Shown piece by piece: positions 38,018-49,587 of a DNA stretch of 64,000 nt. How positions within the stretch are numbered: position 1 is the first letter of the stretch; each line of letters starts with the position of its first letter. The DNA lies in the NCBI GenBank assembly GCA_001244265.2, contig CDLV01000018.1, positions 310,001 through 374,000 on the forward strand, in the 5' to 3' direction. A program made the position numbers and the translations under genes. Origin of the DNA: Microbotryum violaceum (Eukaryota). Below the pieces are notes generated by a model. It was given only the letters and a program-made list of their open reading frames with translations. It was not told the origin of the DNA and searched no databases.

Positions 38018-39056
38018 AGTGTACTGTAGCAGTGCTCGTTCTGTATGTGATCTATCTAACACTTTGGCACTCATGATGGAATGTTGTTGTACCGGAGACT
38101 TGCTTCAGACTGCAGTAGCTTATCGTGGAGCCTGGAAGTCAAAAGATAGGTTCGATCGTACAGAATTGTGAGGCGGGTAGCTGCAGAGCTTCACGCCTAA
38201 GTCTGGGCATCCTTGAAGCAAGAGCCACTAGTGATCCAAGTTCCTGGGTACCGTTTAATTGGATACCGATCGAGCCGGGCAAAATGGGTGAACCAATGAC
38301 CATTCTTCACCTTAGCAGATGATCGCCGGTTCGGAATTCCGCGATCACTACGATCCCCCCCCCCTCCCGGGTTCCAAGTTCAACCGAACTTATGGCTTCG
38401 ATCGCCAAAGACTCCAAGGCAGAGACGAGCTTGTTGTGGAAAGGAAGAAGACGGGGTGGACTGTATGGCTTCTTCCGACGAGCTTCCGGGTGTATGGGAG
38501 CCCGCACTGGATAATTCTCGACGCCGGCCCCTTTTTGAAAAGTTGGCGCTATTGAAACTGTTGTTTTCACCTGCTCGCCCGCTTGATCGAAAAATTGAGA
38601 GGCCAAATGCTGCTCTTTACAATGGATGCGTTGAGATCGATTGCTCAACTATGAGACACAACCTGGCCTTGGGCTTGGGCTTTAGAGAGGTGAAGACGAA
38701 GAACTATGAGAGGTCACAATGCTTGCAGTGGGTTATTGCGTTTGCAGCATGGAAGTCACTGTTTTTCGTCTGCATTCGGCAGCACCCGATGCAGTGCACT
38801 TGAAGCTGGCCAGCCCGAGTTGTTTGAAGTGGCAACAGGATGAAATGGACCGACCATTGTCTTCCACCGACTTCGAGAGGGAGCGCGAGAGCCGGAAAGG
38901 CAACTGCGTGAAGCGGAGTAGGCCTCGGGCAACTAAAGAGCCGGGGCCGGCTACCCCGTCTTTCCTGCAGCACCCCGACCCCGACCTCGACCTCGAGCCG
39001 CACCGCATCCCGACCTCTTTACTTCCTCCAAGTGCACGACCTCAACTTTCACAGCC

Positions 39057-41393
39057 AGTGAGCTCAATTCAAACCTATTCATTCAATATGCGCTGAGCTG
39101 ACCCCCACATGACCTTGGCTGCAGTGGCGTTCCAATCGATGATGAGCGGAGCCGAATGCTCAACCGGTGCCTCACCCCTTTCCTCCCTACTCAAGCAACA
39201 AGGCCAAGACCATTCCCTACACCAATCAGGCCTCTCTTCCCAACCGGGTCCACCGTCGTCGATGCGATCCGGTGGCGGAGGCATGCACCAATCGATGCCC
39301 GGTCAGATGCGACCTCAGGAAGCGGACCGCTTCTTTGAACAGTCCGGTCCGGCCGGGAATGCTTCGTTCGGCGACCTACAAGGTCTCAGACGCGAGTTGG
39401 ACCAAGTCGCTCGTTCGTCCAATCCGGTACTCAAGGGTGATCAAGGTCAGTTCGAGGCAGGATGTCATCGGTATGCGTCCCTTGACGACGTGGCGCCAGA
39501 GTTGGGTCTCCTCCGCGGCATAGGCAGAGCTGACGAGTTCCAAATCCATGATCCTACAGAATGGGCGTCGCAATACCAACCGGCTGGTGCATCCCTGAAC
39601 CCAGTCGACATGGCGCAGATGGAGCAGTCGTTCCGTATGCAGCACCAAGGCGCGCAACCCAACGAGCTCTCGGGTTAGTCGCACTCGGCCTCACGCCCCT
39701 ACCCGGCCTAAATCGAACTTCATGCTGATCTTTACTGCTCATCACCACCATAGCCGAATTTTGGCGCCACCAACAACAACAGAGGGCATCACCGGGACCT
39801 TCAATCCAGACGCGTGGTGCAGATGGCACCGGTGGCTCCGCCGCCTACGCGCGCTCGGGATTCGCACCTTCCTACGGTGCCTACGGTGCCTACGGTGCCT
39901 ACGGTGGTGGCATGTCGATGCGATCCATGCCCATGATGGGTGGTTCTGGGGCTGGTGGGATGTATCAACCTTTTCCGACTGTACAACAAGATGTTAAGGG
40001 CAAAGGTCGCTTTGTCGAACTCGATGATGCCGACTGGGAAGCCCAATTCGCTCGCGCCGGCGAATCTGCACAAGAGCCCGCCGAAGTCGTGACCGAAGAA
40101 GCCGAACAAAAAGATAAGATCATTGACGACAACGCCGCTCCACTCGATACGATCAACCTCCTCGATGGTGATTTGGACATTGACGCCTCCGAATCGGATG
40201 CCGAGTTGCTCAAGGAGCTCGAAAAGACGTGGCAGAACTTGCAAGGGACTTTGCAGGAATCGTCGAGCATCTCGGATGCCGAGATGGCGGCTTGGGAGGC
40301 GCAGTACGGCTCGCAATTCGTTAATGGCGATGATGGGGAATTCGACTTGCCGGATATGCGCAAGATCTGGACCAAGGATAACGTTGATGGGTTTTTGCAA
40401 GAGGATTTGATTTACCCTTACGCCACGGAGAACGAATACCTTCACCATCCCGATCCTTTCGCCGAAGGACAACGTCTCCTCGCCGAGGGAGCACGTCTCA
40501 GCGAAGCCGCGCTCGCCTTTGAAGCGGCATGCAAGCTCGACCCCAGCCGTGCTGAAGCGTGGAAAGCTGCAGGAGAAACCTGGGCCGCGGACGAACGTGA
40601 AGCTAAGGGTATCCGTGCACTCGAAAAAGCCGTCGCGTGCGGTGGTCCCAATGGAGTTGGCGCGTGGATGTCCCTCGCCGTCGCTTACGTCAACGAAGGA
40701 CAAGAACTTCGGGCCTTGGCGACGCTCGAGAAATGGCTCACGCTCGCTTACCCAACTATTTCCGCCAAACCCGGCCCTCTACCTTCCGCGACGAACCCCT
40801 GGGATGCATCGAACCGCATCATCGATCTGTTCCTCGAAGCTGCACGAGCGGGACCCATGGCTCGCGTCCCCGGTCAATCCAACGAATTAACCGAAGTGGA
40901 CCCGGACGTCCAAGTCGGTCTCGGTGTGCTCTTCTACTCCAATAGCGATTACGAACGAGCCAAAGACTGCTTCGAATCTGCTCTGAGCGTTCGTCCGACC
41001 GACTTCCTCCTCTGGAACCGATTAGGTGCGACCCTCGCCAATGGTGGTCTACCCGAAGAAGCCATCTCGGCATACCGAAAAGCCCTGGACTTACGACCCA
41101 CTTTCACGAGGGCAATCTACAACCTCGGTGTCTCTTGCTTAAATATCGGTTGCTACCACGAAGCGGCCGAACACCTCCTCGCCGCCATCAATGGGCACAT
41201 GACTCGCGAGAAGAACGGTTCGGGATCGCTCGCTGCGCCCGATGGTCAACCTGTGGATGATGAGGATGGGAGCGCGAATTTGTGGCATACGTTGAGAAGG
41301 GCGTTCTTGTGTATGGAACGACATGATTTGGCGGATAAGGCTCATGCGGGGACGACGTTGGATGAGTTTAGGAGTGAGGGGCTGGAGTTTTGA
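39057..41393 (+). CDS. PEX5: Peroxisomal PTS1 receptor
   Basis: N-terminal MAFQSMMSGAECS (conserved Cys), WxxxF/Y motifs (WASQY, WEAQF, WEAQY), TPRs with DVQVGLGVLFY and LWNRLGATLANG. Confidence 0.95.
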
Positions 41394-41541
41394 GAAGGGT
41401 TTTCTCTCGAATGGAATGTTAAAGAAGGATATCAGACTCAAGAGAGAAATCGAGAGTAACACGTTTTGGCATTGTTGTCCAGCGAATCATGACTCTCAAC
41501 ATAGATAGCGAAAGATTTCCTCCTTTCAAAACCATCAACAA

Positions 41542-41544
<3 letters not shown>

Positions 41545-41572
<28 letters not shown>
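41545..41572. repeat. (CA)n microsatellite between convergent PEX5 and BRO1 3' ends
   Basis: Direct reading. Confidence 0.95.
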
Positions 41573-41575
<3 letters not shown>

Positions 41576-41620
41576 CAAAAACACCCTATCTACAGAACCC
41601 TTCTACTGCCCCTCTTTACC

Positions 41621-44600
41621 TCAATATGCCGGTCTCGAAGGAGGTTGAGGTTGACCTTGTGGAAGGTAATGAGGTCTCTGCGGTGGGGCTTGAGAACCAC
41701 CATATGAGGAAGTCGGCGGTGGCCCCCCGTATTGGTATGGGGTCGACCCCGGAGGTGCGGGTGATTGACCAAACGCCGACGAGGGGTATTGCTGCTGTTG
41801 TTGGTGTTGAGGTAGTGCAGGCACCGAATATTGGCCGTACGGAACGGGTTGAGAAGGAGGTGGTAGACCCGAGTAATTGACGGGTTGAGGAGGAGGGGGT
41901 AGGATTGATGATGAAGGTGGTCGAGGGGCGGATGCGCCGCAGGGCTGTGAAGGAGGTGGTGGAGGAGGGGGCGATGAAGTTGGGTTATGGCCGTAGTGGG
42001 ATGGATAGGCCGAGTATTGAGAGGGGGGTTGAGGAGCGAGGGTGGTAGAGAAAGCTCCGCTCGAAGGGAAGTTCGAATACGGGGAGGTTGCAGCAGGCGG
42101 AGGGGATGAATATGCATGTTGTGGATACGCAGGGATCGCAGGCGGAGCAGGAGGTGGAGGGCTGGAGTAATGCGACGGAGGGGCAGGGGGAGTCGAACTA
42201 GCCCACGAGGGGTTTTCCCCAGCTCGCGATCCCAGATCCATCGCTCCAAATTGTCGATCGAGGGAAGGCGACGTCGTCGAGCTTGGCGCCTCGAGACGTT
42301 GCTTGACGCTCACTGACGAAGCCATCTGTGATCTTTCCCCATCCCGTTCCTGCAGATACGACCTGACCTGGTTGTTCAACCCCTCGACCAACTCGGACAA
42401 GTCGCCATAGAACTGCAACCCTTTTTGCAACGCCATTCGAACCTCTCCATAAGTCTGCGCCGCGTGTCCCAACCTCGTAATGAGGTCGCGTTTGTGGCGT
42501 TCGGCTTCCCCCCACCTGCCTTGCATCTCGCGCGCCTTCTTGCCCTCACTAATGACCTTGAAGTCAGCGCTGATCTCTGCCAACGTAGAAGACTGATGTT
42601 GCAACGTCGCAGTGATCCTCGATTGGTGCGCACGAAACTTGTCCAACTCTGTCGCGAACAACGAAGGTTCGAGCGCGGCCGATCCTTTCCGATTCAAGAT
42701 GAGCAAATGCGAGATATCGTCCGCTTGGACCCGTTCCTTGAGGTCCTTGAGGACGTCATGACGTTCCTTTTTGACCTTGTTCAATTTACTGAGGTTGTCC
42801 GAGATACTCGTCACGCGCTTTTTGATTTCTTCTTCCTCGTCCTCATCCCCCGTAGGATCATCCAACAAATTCGCTTGACTCGACGAAGCACTGGCCGATC
42901 CAACGGCTTCAATGATAGCCCTTTCCAAAGCCTGTCCCGAAGGGTCGCACAGTAGTGCAACATCGTTCTTGATACCGTCCCATAGGCCTAAAGCCTGCGC
43001 ATCCGAATGGGAAGCTTGCTCTAGGGACTCTTTGTGCGACCTCAAATCTTGCCTATACGACTTCGTCAACCCCGCGGCGGGCGTCTGTTCCCACAAATGG
43101 TCGAAACGTACGCGCATCGCTTCGCATTCCCTCGATTCCTGATCCAATCCTTGCAAAACCGAGTCGAGTTGACGAGTAACGTTGTCCTTGATCTGTTGCA
43201 GTTTTCGGAACGAATCGTCGACCCTACCCTGCGCCTCGTCCCTCCTCAGCTGTTCGGACCAAGTTCGAACTTGAGGCCCCACGTCCGAAAGGCTAGCCTG
43301 TCCACTGGTGCCAGTTCTATACCTCTCCAAACTCGCCGGAAGACCCATATATTCCAACGCCGCAACCAGTTCCCCATCCGCCAAATCGGACCTCTCCACT
43401 TCGCCACGTACGACTTTTGCTTTTTCCTCCGAGTACATGCTCGCGCTTTCATGCACGCTCAAAGGTACAAGTTTGATGAACAAATCAGGTCCTACGATTT
43501 TTTGCACTTCAGGCGTGGCGTAGACGCCATGAATCGCGATAGGTTCAGCGACGTCCTTGCCTTTATCGATGGGTGCTAGCGAGGCTTCGGAAGGGACGAC
43601 TTCGTTATAAACGATGTCGTTGTCCTTTTGCGCCTTGTTCTTGGCTTCCGTGACGATTCCGAGGTGAGTCTTGTTCAATTCGATGAGCGTAACGGGTGAA
43701 TCGGGAGCGAGCGAGGAGGCCGAGGCCGAGGTGGAGAAGGAAGCGGCGAAAGCGTTGGCGAGTCGTAGGGCTTCTTTGGCAGCCGCTTCGGCGATGTTCA
43801 GTCGGGCCAACGCTTCTCCGTATTTGAGTGAGGTCGAATCGGCCAAGGAACGGTTGTATTGAGCCAGAGAGGTAAAGTACTTGGCTTTGACCTGGAAAAA
43901 GGTCGCCCGAAAAAATGACTCGATCGGGTCAGTTCCCCTCCACGGGCGAGATGACATCCCACAAAACGTTAGCTGACTTGCCTGAATGAGCAAACTCCAT
44001 TCCCGAATAAAGACGTTTTTGGTGACCCATTCCTTGACCTCCTCTATGACGTTCGCGTACGCCATCGAAGCCTGCATGCACAACTTGGCCCTCAAACCAG
44101 CACCCTTGGTCACGGCCGCCGAAGGACCCATCGTCTCGATGAAGACCTCGATCGCTTGAGCGGACATCAACCCGACGAGAACTTTGACGACCTCGCGACT
44201 GAGATCGGTCGAAGGGGCGTGGAGGAAGTTGTCGTTGATGTAGGTGAACATGCCTGCGGCGCAGCGGAACGAGTGGAATGCTCGTTTGAGACCTTCGGGA
44301 GAGGATCGGGGTGAGGACGCCGCGAGGGAGGACAGAGTTGCACCGATGTTGAAGATGACGGAAGCTTTCTCGTAGGCCAGGGACAGCTGTGCTATTTTGA
44401 CGTGGGTGAAGGCGTCGTTCCTGCGTGTCGAAGGTCGAGTGGGAGAGGCGCGCATCGATGAGCAATCAGATCGCGTGTGGGGGGGCCTCCTTCCCGAGCG
44501 CTTACCAAGGGAAGGGCACCCTCAACTCCGGAAACCTCAATTCCAACAACTCCAACTGGCCGAAATACTTGTACAGCAAGTCCCTCGCCGTCACATCGCT

Positions 44601-44903
44601 GCCGGCCGAACCTCTCAACGCATCCTGTCGAGCCCGGTTGAGTTGATGGATCTCGTCCGTGTAGTGGTCCGGTGCTTCACCGTAGGTACGTTGGATCACG
44701 CTGCGGAGGTGGGATGAAAAGTCGACGTCGGAGGTGACTTTTTGGGGGACTATGAGGGGGTGTGATGGAGCAAAGAGCAGGGAGCAGGGAGTAGGGAGCG
44801 TGGAGCGTGGAGCATGGGTCAAGTCGTCAGTTCTGGGACCGGGAGGTAGGTCCAAGCACCACCGCGGGAGGGGGGACTTGCCATAGATCAAGGGGGAAGA
44901 CAT
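41621..44903 (-). CDS. BRO1: BRO1/Alix family ESCRT-associated protein
   Basis: RDLLYKYFGQLELLELRF, SLAYEKASVIFNIGA, KDNDIVYNEVVP, DLFIKLVPLSVHESASMYSEEKAK; V domain and Pro-rich tail. Confidence 0.93.
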
Positions 44904-45320
44904 GCTCAGCTGTCTTTCCACTTGCTCTGCTCGAGTTTGAGTGCACAAAGGGCGAGGATGGCGGATGCTGAAGCGGGCAGGATCCAACCCACAACAAGCC
45001 GCGCCGGCGGTGGGGCAAGCTCTCCTCACCGCGTCACGTCCTGTCACGTCACACCCCGAGTGTGCTCAAAGCGCCGGTGGCGAGCAGTCTTCATTTGAAC
45101 CACAACAACGAGAGTGAGAGTGAAAGAGACACCATCACTGTTGCAGATCCTCCCCAAGAAAAAAGAGAACGAAAAAACCGCCGACAAGTGTCCAGACAAA
45201 GAGCTCTCTCTCTCCCTTTCTGCCCACACGCTGCGCAGAGCATTCTCTCAGAGGACCTTGCAATTCGTCTCCATAGAGAGCAAGTGGGTTATTTTTGGAT
45301 TACACACCGTATCATTCGCT

Positions 45321-47086
45321 TTAAGCAACAACGGTGTATACGCGAACGATGCTATCGGCGTAACCAACGAACAAGGTCGCGCCATCGGTGGACCAAGCCA
45401 ACGATGTCGCCTCGGGGTTGTTCGAGTTCTTACCGACATCCACGAACTCGGGCGTCAGCTCGGCGATCAAGCTCTTGCTTTCGAGGTCAAAGATCTTGAC
45501 CGACGAAGCGGTGGCCGCGCAGAGCCAGTAACGGTTGGGGGAGAACACCAAGGCGTTGATTCGGTCTCCGGCTTCGAGCGAGTAGAGGTGCTTGCTCTCG
45601 TTGAGGTCCCAGAGCATCGTAACGCCGTCCTTGCCTCCCGAGGCGCACAACGAACCGTCGGGGGAAACAGTGACGGTCGTGATGTAGCCCGTGTGGCCGT
45701 AGTGGTTCACGCGCAGCTTGCACTTGGACAACTCCCAGACCTAGCCCAAAGAGCAGTGATCCGAAACGTGATAATCAGCAAAACCGATCATCCATCAAAG
45801 CAAGCAATACATCGCGCTCCAGCAACAGCAGCAGCAAAACCATCCAATCAGAGCCAAAGCAGCAACCACCAAACCCACCGTCTACCACCCGCTCCCAAAA
45901 GCACCGCCCCCTCCAACCATCTTCCCATGGAAGTGGGAAGGGGTCAGCGATCTTGGTGGATAAAATTGGTTGTTCTCATAGGGAAGATACGCCCTCTGAA
46001 GTAGCAAATATATACTCAAGGAAAAATCATCATGTGTGGATGGAAAGGAGCGGTGTTCGAGGGGCGGGGGTGAAGAAGACGGTGTTGGTTCTGGTGGTGT
46101 GCTGTTCGAGTACGCCGCCACAAGTCTTTCGACTGTGTAGAATGTACCGTGCGGCTCGAAGAATGGTCGCGGGATGCGATGCTGCTGCTGCTGCTGTTGA
46201 AGACGCTAGGGACGCTAGGGCCACGAGCACCCAAAAAGAGAGAAAAATGCTCACCTTGACGACCTTGTCCCAACCAGCCGAGACAATGACGGGGTTGAGA
46301 GGGTTGGGAGAGAAGCGAACGCACGAGACCCATTCGGTGTGGCCATCCTCCTGGATGTTGAACTTGCATTCGCCGAGCGTGTTCCACAGCTTGATGGTGC
46401 GGTCACGCGAGCCGGAGACGATCTGACGGTTGTCGGCCGAGAAGGAGACGGAAAGCACATCCGAGGTGTGGCCGACGAAACGACGCGAGGTCAAACCCGT
46501 GTTGAGGTCCCACAATCGCAGTGTCTTGTCCCACGAGGCGGAGAGGGCGAATTGGCCATCGGACGAGACGACAACGTCCGAGACGAAGTGGTTGTGGCCG
46601 TGGAGCACTCGCTTGGGGAAACCATAGGCGGACTGAGGGGAGTCATGGACGAAGGTTTAGTCCACGGGTTATTCTTTGTCGAAAAGACTAGTGATGCGGT
46701 CGACGTACATCGTCACGGGTCAAGGTCCACATGATGATGGTCTTGTCGCGCGAGGCGGTCAAGATCATGTCGGGGTTCTCCGAAGAGGTGGCGATGGCCG
46801 TGATGTCGCCCTTGTGGCCGACGAGCCTGATATCGGTCGGAAAGCATTGGAGATGAGTCACATGTGCACAGAGATGTAGGTGCGGTGCAGGGCTGTCGCT
46901 GGCTGCTGCTGAGGAAAAAGGCCATTCTCGCAGCCCGCGCAAGTCTGTGCGCACGCATTCAACGAGAAACGCGCGCGCGCGCCAACCCGCGAAGGCGTCG
47001 ACGATGACCCCAGCCAGAGCGCGCACCGCAGGAGGGAAAAAAACGGCGACGACTCACGATCCCTTGTAGACGAGAGATTCAGACAT
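45321..47086 (-). CDS. ASC1: RACK1 / Asc1 / Cpc2 WD40 ribosomal protein
   Basis: [39 protein letters not shown]...[32 protein letters not shown]...[11 protein letters not shown]. Confidence 0.96.
45944..46033 (-). ncRNA. SNR24: Box C/D snoRNA U24 (snR24) in RACK1 intron
   Basis: Minus strand: box C ATGATGA (46033-46027), guide ATATTTGCTACTT plus D' CAGA, C' ATGAGA, guide CACCAAGATC plus box D CTGA (45947-45944). Matches yeast U24, which is also hosted in the ASC1 intron. Confidence 0.92.
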
Positions 47087-47785
47087 GCTGTAGGGGTAGA
47101 CGCGGGAAAGAGCCAGGGGAGACGGGGCCCAAAGTCAGGTTTCATGGTTAACGTGGTACGAAATCGCAGGGAAGAGCCGACTGACGTGGATAGGTGGATG
47201 GGCGGCAGGGTTGCAGGACGCAGAAGAGCGGCGAGGGCTTGGGTGCCCCCTTTGCAAGTGGGGAGTGATCGAGCGCTCGAATATCGGCTTTCTACTCGGT
47301 AGCACTGTGATATTCTTGATGGTGTCATAAAATCGAGAATAAATCAAGATAATTTTCTGTGGTCTTCAAACAGGTGCCAATTATACAGCACGCCCAATGA
47401 CCACGTAGCTTTGCTCGGTCCTTTTGGTCATGAACGGCGTCTCAAGGGTCGTACGTACGCCGTACAGTAAGTCGCCAAAACTTTGACAACCTTTTTCCTG
47501 GAACTTGGTAGACCTAGCGCAAACTGTCTGCCAATAGAAAATAAATCAAATCTCTGCTGTGTCAACAGACGAAGCCAGCTTGGTCCTCCGTCTCGGCCTG
47601 CGCTCGGGCCGTATCGACGAGCAGGGCCAAGTTGGGCTGCCCGCACGCTCGCCGCCTCGCGCGCAAAGAGACGGGGCTTCGCACTTTTTCGCCCTGCAAG
47701 CGCAAGCGGTCGCCTCGCTCAGCTCGACCATCACCTTTCCGCCCCTTTCCCCTTCCCCGACCCCAACACCACTCCTTCATCAACC

Positions 47786-49195
47786 ATGGCACCCAAGATC
47801 GACCCCAACGAAATCAAGGTAAGCTCAACTTCCTACGCCCATCGCCTTCGATCCAGCTAGGACGTAGGACTGCATGGCCCGTAGAGGGATGAGTTTGCTG
47901 GAGCTGCGAGCGAGCGCGCCTGGGGTCATTGGCGGGCCCTACGAGATTGGCTCGCCCGCCAGTTCAATCCGGCTGCTGGCTGGCTGGGTGGTGTTGCGCT
48001 GTGCAGGGCTAACACGAGATTTCCCCCGGCGTGCATTGCGTACCCATTTCCCCCCTTTCCCCCTCCCCCTTGCCTACCCTAGATCATCTACTTGCGAGCG
48101 ACCGGTGGTGAAGTTGGTGTAAGTGATTGAACCCAAGCGCTGTTCGCCGTCGCTGTGAAGACCAATGCAAGCTGACCGATTGCTTGGTTAACTTGCTTGG
48201 GTCGTGCTCGCCGCGCCTTTCTCCTTGCGTCGCGCCTTTGCCCGCTGCTCCCTCTGCGCTGGTCCCGTTCGATTCGCCCAGGCTTCGTCCGCTCTTGCTC
48301 CCAAGATCGGTCCTCTGGGTTTGGTAAGTTTCACGCACTTTTGGACCCCACGACGGTGGTACTTTGCGGCATCGACACTGGGACAGGGATGAGCGTGCGG
48401 GATGGGATTGGATGCGCGAGGCGAGCCACGGTGCGAATGGGAGGGGAGGCTCGATTTGGGGCCTTTCGGTGCAAAGCGCAGGCTCGGGCGGCGGATGGGG
48501 AGACGAAGCTGTGTGAACGCACTGACGACGAAAGAGACGAATCATCGGATGGGAAAGGAGTGGTGTGTATGAGGTTGGGATGAGCGGGGGACGTATGTTG
48601 CCGAGTAGGGATCGCCACCAACCGAAACGACGCCACGCGGCGGTCCACACAACCTCTGACAGACCACACGATCGTCTTTGTACTGACCTCATCTCCACCC
48701 ACTCCCACTCTCAGTCGCCCAAGAAGGTCGGAGAAGATATCGCCAAGGCGACCGGTGACTGGAAGGGTCTCCGCGTCACGGTCCAACTGACGATCCAGAA
48801 CCGTCAAGCGGCCGTCTCGGTCGTCCCCTCGGCTTCGTCGCTCGTGATCCGAGCACTGAAGGAACCCCCACGTGACCGCAAGAAGGAGAAGAACATCCGA
48901 CACTCGGGTAACGTCGACTTGGATGCGTGAGTCGCCGAATTGGACCTCCCGGCTTTTCTCTTTTTGAAGAGGGCCAGGGAAGCTGACATGTTCCACTCGC
49001 GCCGTACGATTCCACTGCAGCATCATCGATATCGCGCGTACGATGCGATTCAAGTCGATGGCCAAGGAACTTTCGGGCACGGTCAAGGAGATTCTCGGCA
49101 CGGCGCAATCGGTCGGCTGCACCGTCGACGGCAAGCCGGCGCACACCATCATCGAGGGCATCGACGATGGCTCGATCGAGATCAGCGATGATTAA
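47786..49195 (+). CDS. RPL12: 60S ribosomal protein L12 (uL11)
   Basis: [69 protein letters not shown]...[16 protein letters not shown]. Confidence 0.97.
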
Positions 49196-49587
49196 ACCAA
49201 AAACTCGACTTGGGGATGGAGAGAGTTGAGGAGTGAGGGGCGTTGTAGGTGGTGGTCGTGAAGTGGAATCCAAAGACTATTTTGGGAAAACTAGTTCATG
49301 CCTCGTTTGGGCAGAGAGGAAGCTTTGAAAAGAGTGCTACCGATTGAGTGATCGTGGTTTGGTTTCTTTTTACTGTGAACTCGACTCGACTTGCGATCCT
49401 GTATCCGCTTTGGACACGTTTCGTGTCGATTCTGTGTCCGAGCTTTCCTCTGCCGGTCTTGCTATTTTTCGAACTGGCAGCGATCGAATCCCGTTCACGC
49501 TTGGCTCGGCTTCCGACGACACGACTGCCCATCACCACTTTCACTCCACACCACGCCCGCTCGCTCTTCTCACTGCTCATCATAGCT

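Noticed and set aside
38100-38800. Short ORFs between the HMG gene and PEX5
   Set aside because: No recognisable motif or splice structure; possibly decayed repeat, cannot be supported.
39870-39908. (CCTACGGTG)4 tandem repeat
   Set aside because: Coding low-complexity (AYG)n inside PEX5, not a CRISPR or regulatory array.
45114-46004. 296-aa plus ORF, and the 276-aa minus ORF at 48331-49161
   Set aside because: Antisense shadows of the codon-biased RACK1 and RPL12 genes.
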